From the NCBI GenBank assembly GCA_011109175.1, contig RDEW01000001.1:2387863-2451862 (forward strand): a stretch of 64,000 nucleotides of DNA, given 5' to 3'. The position numbers and the translations under genes are program-made. The DNA comes from Dicyema japonicum. Taxonomy: Eukaryota; Animalia; Dicyemida. The notes below the pieces were generated by a model that saw nothing but the letters and a program-made list of their open reading frames with translations, was not told where the DNA came from and made no database searches. Positions 54,268 through 64,000 of the stretch are shown one piece after another; the stretch's first letter is position 1, and every line of letters begins with the position of its first letter.

Positions 54268-55426
54268 TTATTCGATAATAGGGTAAATGGGCATGTAAGG
54301 AAATCGGCAGTTATCTTTCCCACGTGCCAATTTCACATAGCCAAATCTTCCCCATGTTATACCCCATGAATTTTTCAAGAGCCAATACTTTTCTCCTTTC
54401 GAAATTCCATAACCCACAACAGAAATTGAATGTAAAATAGGATAATTTGGACAATTTTTGTAATGGAATATTTCTAAAACGTTTCATTAATATTTAGCTA
54501 TAAAATATATTTCAAAGCTGGTAGAATGAATGATTTTAACAGTGACAGGACCAACATCTACAAGCGTACGCAAAAGCATTTTTTCATTACCACTTTCAAG
54601 TTCTTTATATCCAGTCAAATTAAATTTAATATCTGGTTGACCTTTATATTTGCATTTTCTAGCCTATATAATTATCCGTAGAAATTACTTTGGCTATATA
54701 TGGATACCGTTTTTCAGAATTAATTCCTCCGTTTTCTCGAATGTATTCATACACTTTACTTTCAGTGTCACCGTTGCATCCGTAATCATTCACACAATCA
54801 ACAATATTTTGTTCGCTCATTGATACAAGTTTATTGTTTTTGATTGCAAAATGTGACTCCAACGTAGCCAACTAAATATATTGAACAGTCGTTAACTGCA
54901 CCAAATGCATAGCATGAGCCACATTTATATCCTTGCGATTTTATATCAGTTACACAGTTTCTTTTTACCCAATTAAAAGATCGAGGATATTTTTTTTCAT
55001 GGATAGTATAATCACCAAGTAATTCACTTTCCAATTTACCATAAGAATTATAATTATTATATAAATTGAATTTGCTGGGTTTGAATATTTCTCTCCTTGT
55101 CTACAAAATTATTTTATGAGATAACCAAGTCAGCAAACTGATTAATTCCTAATTCATACAAAAAATTTCCTTGTTCTGCGAGTATATTGTGGTTGTCAAT
55201 ATGTCTTAAATTTTCAGTAAAAATAGCCTTTCTAACTTGGAATTCTAAACCAGAATACGATTTGTCTAAATTAAAAATTAATTCAACTGTATTTTTCTAG
55301 AAAATTATTCCATTTGATTTCATAATAATCAAAGGATTGATTGAATGATTCGTATTTGAAATGAATTTTAGATGAAACAAATGAATTAAACAATATAGCG
55401 TAAACAACAAATATTAGGTCGATCAT
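54268..55426 (-). CDS. Cathepsin L-like cysteine protease, copy 2 (apparently intact)
   Basis: Inverted paralogue of 30979-32133 with the same intron positions. QG.KCGSCYAF, ILHSISVVGYG and KNSWGITWG. Confidence 0.92.
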
Positions 55427-56584
55427 TTTAATTAATTCTGTATATTTTCATTTAAATATTATTATATTATCAAAATATTAAAAAAATATTATTAAATTTA
55501 ACTGAGTTCTACAAGGATCAGTTCTCTCCCATGATTCTTAATAAATTTTTTTCGTTTTAACTGTTTTTATATTTATTCCTAAAATCAGCCTAAAGTGATT
55601 TTTTGGTTTTCTANCAAAAATTAGATCTATCATTTTAATTAATTCTGTATATTTTCATTTAAATATTATTTTATTATCAAAATATTAAAAAAAATATTAT
55701 TAAATTTAACTGAGTTCTACAAGGATCAGTTCTCTCCCATGATTCTTAATAAATTTTTTTCGTTTTAACTGTTTTTATATTTATTCCTAAAAATCAGCCT
55801 AAAGTGATTTTTTGGTTTTCTATTCATTAACATAGGATTATATAGTCAATAAATTCCACAGGAGGTACTTTATGCAGTTGGAAGTGTTAGAAATACCAAC
55901 GTTTCAAACAACTGCACTCAAGAGAATTCTGGAGAGTGTGTGCCTTGATAGATATCGCACAACTCTTTTTGTGAAGCCTAATTTGTAAGAGGATAATAGT
56001 ATAGAGTTGGACAAAACTTTATGAGAGACGGAAGGAATGGGAGATATGGAAAAAGATTATACGCAGGAAATAAAATTTGAGTTTTACACTGTCTTTCAAT
56101 ATGAATTTTTATACCATTTCCCAGGCGAAAATTTGTTCCACGTTGGTGTTTGAATGAGAATAGTATTATTCACAANNNNNNNNNNNNNNNNNNNNNNNNN
56201 NNTGTCTTTCAATGTGAATTTTTATACCATTTCCCAGGCGAAAATTTGTTCCACGTTGGTGTTCGAATGAGAATAGTATTATTCACAAGTGAACAGTGTC
56301 ATTCAAAATGAGAATAATGTCATACAAAGTTGCTATTCTAGGAAATGGTATTTTGATTGGCACTATTCTCACATTGAAGGGAGATGGTATAGTTGACAAT
56401 GTTAATCACATCGTTGACCTTTTTTACGAAAGCCATATTAAATATAGTTCCGCTCAGACAGGACACACACTTAAGAACAGTTATGATAACTAATCATAGA
56501 AAAAGAACCAAAAAATGCCCTTCACTTTTTTTTCTTGTTGTTGGGCGTATGTCCTTAATAGACTAGTTCAATAGTGACATGATC

Positions 56585-56680
56585 ACTTATGACAGCGTCA
56601 CTCGCAAAGCCAAAGCATCGTAGATGCGTGGAACCTTCAACAAGAACGTACAGCACCGAGACTCGAACAAGGGCCATCAG
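56585..56680 (-). mobile_element. SINE family A fragment including B box
   Basis: GCCAAAGCATCGTAGATGCGTGGAACCTTCAAC...GTACAG...GACTCGAAC. Confidence 0.65.
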
Positions 56681-56789
56681 GATTTTTGCTGAGAACTTGT
56701 TACACTTCTCAATCAATGAAATCAATGTTATCTAACATAACCAATCGAATAAATGCAATGAATTAATAAAGTGTCAGTGTCGTGAGGAG

Positions 56790-57440
56790 TGAATAGGAAT
56801 GGGACACATTTGAAAAGTTCAAGGACCAATAAATGATAGTCTCTTGTGTTTGCTGTTCTTCTCATGTTTTCCGTTTTAATAACTGTTTCCACCTAATTGG
56901 TCAATTTATTTATATGCAACATCAAAGAAAACTCTCCGCTTCTCCCTATCAGAGTTTACTAACCGTAAAGTTTCACGTGTTTCACGGAATCCGTGTTTGT
57001 ACTATACCAGATGCTCTTTGGCGTTTTCTTTAGTGCAGTAACCTTGATATACGAAATAATTACATAGTCTCCCTTTCTTCTCAAACCAAAGGGTACTAAA
57101 TACTTCACTTCCTTTGGTAGAAGGGGGTTTAAATCCAGAGTAGCTTCAACACTGCTGCATTCAATGGCACCTGAGTTTTTCAAACTGAAAGATACCACGA
57201 GGATTCGTACAGAACTCATGTTTACACTCAACGCACGTGCTTCACCATGTCTTCTTGAGAGCAGTAACTCGGAGATATCGATACATTGTACTTGTAGTAT
57301 TCCAAGTACTTTAAAGAATGGGGACACTAGCCATCATAGGTTTTTTGTGAATTATTTTTAATTCACTAGCCAATGGATCATACTTAAGTTTTTCCAGTTC
57401 AACGCACTTCAAATTTTTAGACAGGTAACTTCCCCTTAGA
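56790..57440 (-). CDS. Hypothetical gene, weakly C2-domain-like
   Basis: The 122-aa ORF extends upstream across a possible 19-nt GT-AG intron. GILQVQCIDISEL...VSFSL...LNP pattern. Boundaries uncertain. Confidence 0.35.
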
Positions 57441-57689
57441 TCTCAGTCTGTTTATTTAAGTTATTTATTTGTTTGCCCCCGGTCCCTTTAAATGAAAGAA
57501 ACCGGTGGCTAACGAAAAGTTACAGCCAAGAGCGAACACTTTCACCTCAGTTGCTTTGGTCCAATCCAATCGAATTTTAGTTCCGTCAGATGCAGTTAGC
57601 CTTTACATTATTTATTTTAAAACCCCAAGATAACCAAGAAAGAAAGGTTAACTCACTAATTAGGTGATCTCAGCCTCCAACATTTCTCA

Positions 57690-58340
57690 ATGTCATTGCC
57701 TCTATGTTCTGATTGCAAATGCCGCATAATTTTCTGCCTGAGAGAGTATGATCCTCGAAGAGTGAAGAGCGAATTTCCAGACAGAATAGCACATTTAATT
57801 GTCGGTACAATAACTTGGAGATATAGTTTCTTGGTAAAAGCTTTAGGTGGAAGGGTCTCTATTTATGATAGCTTTCACGGCATTCTCCTTACGAAGTTCC
57901 TTGGTTAACGCTTATCTGTATGACTGGAAAATCGAATGTCACTCCAAGGATCTTCTGGATTAGCGTAGAAGGAATAGCAATGTGTCCGAAGAATATCTCG
58001 TATTAAATCTCCTGTCCGTAGTGAATAGGGTGAACTGAGACTTGGTTGCAGACACAGCAAATTTGCGGATAGTCAGTCACGCCTGGTTGAAGTGTTTTGG
58101 AAAAAGATTTGTCTCTTGCATCAATAATCTGCGTAAGATAGAAACATAGTATCTTGATCTTTGGTAGTAGGTAAATCGTGTAGAAATAAGTTAAATAGAA
58201 GAGGAGACAAAGGGGACCTTGTGGAACCCCATTTGGGAGTAGATCTTGATCTTTGGTAGTAGGTAAATCGTGTAGAAATAAGTTAAATAGAAGAGGAGAC
58301 AAAGGGGACCTTGTGGAACCCCATTTGGGAGTAGTCTTGA
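57690..58340 (-). mobile_element. LINE RT remnant
   Basis: LPNGVPQG and SPLLFNLFLHDLP motifs, tandemly duplicated. Confidence 0.7.
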
Positions 58341-59362
58341 TTTTGAAATAATTTTTATAATCTGGACTCTTCCACGATATGTGCCTGAGTTCCTAGTTAT
58401 TTGAGGTGAATAGCATAGATCTGTCGGGGCCACGGAACGGGTGGAGCGTAGCAATTTGATAGTCTTAAATCCAAAAAAATGCACTAATCAAAAAAATATT
58501 TTGTCCACTATAACAATCCTTAATTGGCCAATGATTTCATTTATTTTTTGTAGAAATCTGTTTACGCAAGTCCTGATTGTTTTCTCAAGTTTATTTATTT
58601 AAAACTCAGAGATCACCTTGAAAAAAAGAAAGAAACTTCAGACAGTTAAGTAATCTCAGTTCCAGAAATCGACCTAGCGATCCAACGTATGTGATCTCCT
58701 ACTGTTCCTTCTACGGTACGAAGGAACCTTCTCTCATCCCTACAGAGGAATCCGATTGTGGAGAGAAACTCCTTAACCAATCGACTTTTTTTGTCTTGGA
58801 AAGGGACAGGGCAAGCAGATTTCCATCCTCCTCACAGACCCAAGGAATCTGGATCCACAATTACGGGTCGTTACTTCCGTTAGTAGGGGATTGACTGTTG
58901 ATCCAATATGAGAGCCCATCGAGTTGAGTACGTGTAGCCTAGTCAACGATAACGGGAATCTCCACGCAACAGATAATGTTCTCAAAAATCTTTGATATGA
59001 GATAATCAATCTGGTACTGTTCCACAGCACGAATAAGTTGTTAGTGCTTTGCTTTGAATTTCATTAAAGTCTTGTTTGACTATAAAGACTAATCACAGTC
59101 CCCTCCAAAGAATATTCCTCAACAAATACATTCTTTCTTTGAACGTCTTTCTGAGATGTACTTTTAGGTTTTTCATCAACCTCCAACTAACTTGTTTAGA
59201 TCAAAGAATCAATGATAAAACATATTCGTCCCCCAACAAGTTACTACAATTTAATCATTGTCATTGACAACAATTAAAAACGCTTTTGTACATTATCCAG
59301 CATACTCTAATAATATTTCACTAGTTTATCTTATTAAGCAAATTTAATAAAAACCGACAGAA

Positions 59363-62326
59363 TCACAAATCAGAGAAAATTAAATTAACAAATGCATTAT
59401 AATCCAATGCATCAGATCCCTCATAAGCACTCATTTTAGATATACAATATCTAGCAACTTCCTCAGGTAGCTCATTCATAAGCACATCCACACTGACGTA
59501 TGGCTACCAATAAACCAATCCTCACCTTCCCACCAGCCAAAATCTGAAATGATCGTAATAGTCTATTAAAACTATCATCATAGTGAGAGTCCTGCATCAT
59601 AAAACCAAGAAAATCCTCAAATTCAACAAATCCAGAATTCTTGTTATCTAGCTTACGAGCCAACTCCTTAAACTGATCCCCAATCTACAATAATTACCCC
59701 TACTACATTATTGACTGCCGTTTTGTACCCCAAACTGATCAGACATGCATCAAACTGTTCATAATCAAGCCTTCCGTCATGATCACTATCAAAGTGGTCG
59801 AACGAAGTCCTATAGTTTCGCCTTTGTTCCTCCGTCACTGCTTCTTTTTTCTCACTAGCCTTGACATTGCTCTCCACTTGACAGCACAACTTCTCCATCC
59901 TATCCCTCAGTCCATTAAAGTCCATCCTCATTCTCTGGAAGTCATACCCTCTATCAATATCACTTTCACTCAAAAACTAAAAGTTACACTGCCCATACTC
60001 CGTTGAACTCCTCAAATTCCATAATCTTGTTCTCAAATCCGTTAATTTTGTTAACAAACTTCTTCACAGCCACCAGCTGCTCATCAATATCTTCCATTTC
60101 GGAAACTAGTTTTGCATACTTTGAACTTTCCCCCAACCACGTGTCAATTTTATTATACAAATCATTGAAACTCTCAGCAGCGACACAACTCTAAATTAAT
60201 AATAATTTAAAAAACCTTCTCACGTTCACTCAACTCTCGCAAAAGCAGAGTCCTTCTTTCACTATTAGCCTCAATCATCATTTCCCATGTCTCCTCCAAC
60301 TGTTGAAGACTCACACGTGTGTAGACATTCTCTTCCATGTATGGAAGTTCATTCTTCCTTCTTTCACTATTAGCCTCGATCATCATTTCCCATGTCTCCT
60401 CCAACTGTTGAAGACTCACACGTGTGTAGACATTCTCTTCCATGTATGGAAGTTCATTCTCTTCACAAAAAGATCGAATCCGCTCCACAATTCCCTTGAT
60501 ATTCTCAAGTTGTTTATCTGCCCTTTCCAGAGTACTTTCAAACACATCCAGTTGGTTCAACAACACATTGACATCATCAAGTGACCGCAGGAACATAACA
60601 TCCTGCAGGTCTTTGACTGATGAGTCCAACCACTTCTTAAATTTCTCAGAATATATATTCATCATACAGTCACATCCACTGCATATTCAAACAACATCGA
60701 GTCTACTTCCTCCAAAACCTCCTTCTGAGTCTTCATTTGCTTGTATAACTGCTCAGAGGATTCCCACAGCTCCCTATACATCTCCTTTATCTCATCCAGT
60801 CGACTGTCCACCAGATCCATCAACTTGTAACCATTCCCACGCATAAAGTCAGCCATTTCATCAAATTCAGTAAACATCTCATCCTTCAACGCGTTCCTCA
60901 CAATCTTTATTTGGTTGATCGTAGCCTTGATAACTTAATATGAGTACCTTCAGGTCAGACAATCCACGCGAGTTTAGATCTTGTCTTCTATCTACCATCC
61001 ACGCTTCATAACTGTCACATTTGCGATGGAAAGTCACACCCAGACTTTCATTCAACTTAAACCTACAACTTATCACCCATATGACCTATTATACATGGAA
61101 TTTATCCATTCCTTGTACTTATAAGACAAATCCTCCATATCCTTCCACTCTTCTAAAATGCTCTGGTATACTTCCTCGTCAAATTGACTCATATTGAACT
61201 GTTTTGCTTTCACAATGTGTGCGATGTTCTCCAAATAAACTTTCTCAGAATATTTTAGTGGCTTTTCTTGCACTGAAAACACTTGGTATTCCTCTAGCTG
61301 TTCCCTCACTTCATCAGAACTCCCAAATTCTGGTCGTTTGGATAGCCAGTCTTTCTTACTCTTAATCCACAAACTAATATTCTCTGAGATCCCCTCAAAC
61401 AGCGACAAAGACATCTCACTCTCTCTTACTCCTCTTAGCAAAGAGCACACATTCTGTGCTGCCTTAGTTGTCTAACAGTTACACAACACTAGACCAGTTC
61501 GTCCTGTATAAATCTTTGATAAAACGAGGAGACATATGCCATAACAGAACGCTCATCCGCACGCCCAGCCAAATCTAGGATGATAATTCTAGTTACCCTC
61601 GGGATCAAGCATACAGGGTATATCCAGATGCTCCTCTGCCACCTGGAATGCTCGCCTTAGGTTCTCTTCCGGTGTTTCAGGCTAGGGTAAATACTATTAA
61701 TGCCTGAAATCCGTCAAATTCTATTAGATCTGGTCTGTGTCCATGGATTATAGCAGCGAAAGCTAGTCCGTCCTTGAAACTAGTATGGAAGTTTGTGACG
61801 TTCACTCCTTCATACCCAGCAGTCTTTCGTTGACACCACAACAGCAGACCTTCCTTGGCAGAGCTCTCTGTCGGTTTAAAAACTGTCAGCCTTACCTTCC
61901 ATTGTGATATCCTGTATTGCGAACCTTAGGATTATGGTCCAGATCATCCCCAGTGTCATTTTGACATTTCCGTCAACGATTTCTGAAAAATTAGTACATT
62001 TGTACCCTCTGCTCCGATTGAGACGAGTTTCACTCCCTTACTGACGATGAATTTAAGAGCCAAATTGACGTTGGCAATTTTATGGAACCTCATGTTTTTG
62101 GTTTCAACCATAGGGAGTTTCTCGTTGGAAATTACTTCAAGCAGACGAATTAGTAACAGACCATTGGTAAAATCAGTGTCAAAGTCAACTATTTGGCAGT
62201 TGATTTTCCGGAGGTGGGAATTACACCAAGCCGTGAATGTCTTTAATTATAATTTAATTTTACTTTTTTTTGTTGTTTCTCCCAAGCAGGATCGAGAATA
62301 TCAGGGCATCGATCACAAATGTCCAT
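59363..62326 (-). CDS. ACTN: Alpha-actinin
   Basis: [11 protein letters not shown]|[26 protein letters not shown], four divergent spectrin-like repeats, EF hands and C-terminal SDL*. Micro-introns. Confidence 0.95.
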
Positions 62327-63499
62327 TTTATCTAGAAACAGTTATGTCTGTTTTAGTACAAACAAAGCAGTGCGCAAATTTTGGTTAACCAATCTATAAA
62401 TATTTTTAATTAAAATTTAGAATTAATTTTTATCCAAAAAATTATCTTTTTTTACATAAAAATGAATTAAAAAAATAAATTACAATATCTTAGGCTTATG
62501 CTATAAAGCTTGATGGTAGCCAGTCTCCTACATGTTAGTGAGATCTGGACAAATAACTAACTAACCATTTGCTATAATGTTAAAATGCTGCTTTTTTACA
62601 AAATAGCATATTTTATGGATCTTCTCGATTGTCTATTGACAGACACTTATAGTTTTTGATTATTGACATCGATTGGGCTGAATATTTGAAGCTATTGTTT
62701 AATAGCTCTGCGAAGAATTAGGATACCCATTTGGGGCGGAGTTAGGAATTTCGATCGGTTCTAAAGAAAGATAACCTCATCAAGTTCCTCTGCGGACATT
62801 TCAGGGATCTCTGGTGGACCTCTCATGGAGAGTCAGTGAGTTATCAGAAGCTGTGATCATTTAATTGGTTGCCTTTGAATTCTTCTTTCTTGGTTTTCTT
62901 GGAAGAGTAATACACGTGGCCTGATTTTTATATTGAGACAATATCAGTCAATATCCACGTGCTTATATTGTCAAATTTAATATTAAAGCTACAAGGGATT
63001 TTCAATTTATGTAACGACTTCCAGAGAAGTGACACGTGTCTAAATCGTACATTTTATGCGACAGCTCCATAATTGATTTATGTTTTTAAATCCACCTAAC
63101 CAAATTCGTAGAAAGATAGACACTTGCTCATTTGAAACCAATCATTACTTTGATGGGGCATGTATAAATCTTTGCAGGTCTTCAAATGTATAAAATAGTG
63201 TTAAGTGATATTTTAGAAAACAAATCGATGTACAAAGCTGCTCTCATTGAAATTACATTCACGCAATGACCTTGAAAGAGCTTTGAATTTTTGGATATTA
63301 TCAGACTTGCAGGACAGAAGAAGGGTGAGCATAGAATGACGCGATGTTCTTCCAGACCATTGGGCACGCGATCATGAAGGTAACTCCCATTGTGTTATCA
63401 ATGCTTACAGGCCAAAATGGGGACTTTGGAAGAACAACTAACTTCATTTTAATAAATTTTCAATTAAAAAAATTTTTTTTTAATTAATAAAAACGATTT

Positions 63500-64000
63500 A
63501 AACTTCCAAAGTGCTATAAATAAGCAGCTCTTGTGATACCTCTCTCACACAATTTGTATGAAAATTCGATTTCCATCAGCTATTCTCTTCTTTGCTGTCT
63601 CTCCTTCCTTTCCTCGATCCGATTGCACGTTTGAAGTTAAACGATTTTAACGTATAATTTTCGAGGTTTCGACTACGACGAGCTCGAAAATAAACTGTCC
63701 TCCTCGAAAGGTCGCATATTTTTGAGAGTTTAGACTCTCGCTAATCTTGATCCTAGATGGGTGATTGTCATATTGAGGTTGGAAAAGGGGAAACCATCAA
63801 CAAAAATGGCGCCCCAGAACAGGTATGTTCCATCTTACTATGGGAAAATAGTCAGGCCTTTTTAGTGCGTAAACTCCGAGTCCGCTTCAGTTGTACGTAT
63901 ATCCAGCGGGCTCTAGGCCTCCCGCAATTACTTTGCTACTTGTTCTCCTAACACTTCATGAGAGGGGGTGAAGTCCTTTAACGCCAACCGTCTTCCCGCA
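63500..64000 (-). mobile_element. CRE-like retrotransposon remnant
   Basis: KYATF..GQFIFELVVVETS and VLGAP motifs, related to 53221-53450. Confidence 0.6.

Overview
Eukaryotic (animal-type) genomic DNA from a draft assembly. It is AT-rich and compact, and nearly all inferred spliceosomal introns are only about 19-28 nt. This architecture is known from dicyemid mesozoans, so that origin is plausible but is inference. Recognisable genes in order: CDC45 (partial), GNB1L/Asa1, a degenerate PFKFB, HGS/Hrs, iRhom, an intronless ETS factor, a Myc-like bHLH-ZIP, two inverted cathepsin L-like paralogues, RRP7A, SDHD, an ADAMTS-like protein, PGAM5 and alpha-actinin. Intergenic DNA holds decayed LINEs (Jockey/I-like, RTE, CRE-like), pogo and hAT remnants, and two SINE-like families. 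Many near-identical tandem duplications, often flanking N gaps, look like uncollapsed haplotypes. The best leads are a roughly five-fold excess of the palindrome CACGTG, two repeat families with a nested-pseudoknot (HDV-ribozyme-like) pairing pattern, a bHLH-ZIP lacking the E-box glutamate, and stop-free 3n micro-introns. Exon structures and motif counts were derived by eye.
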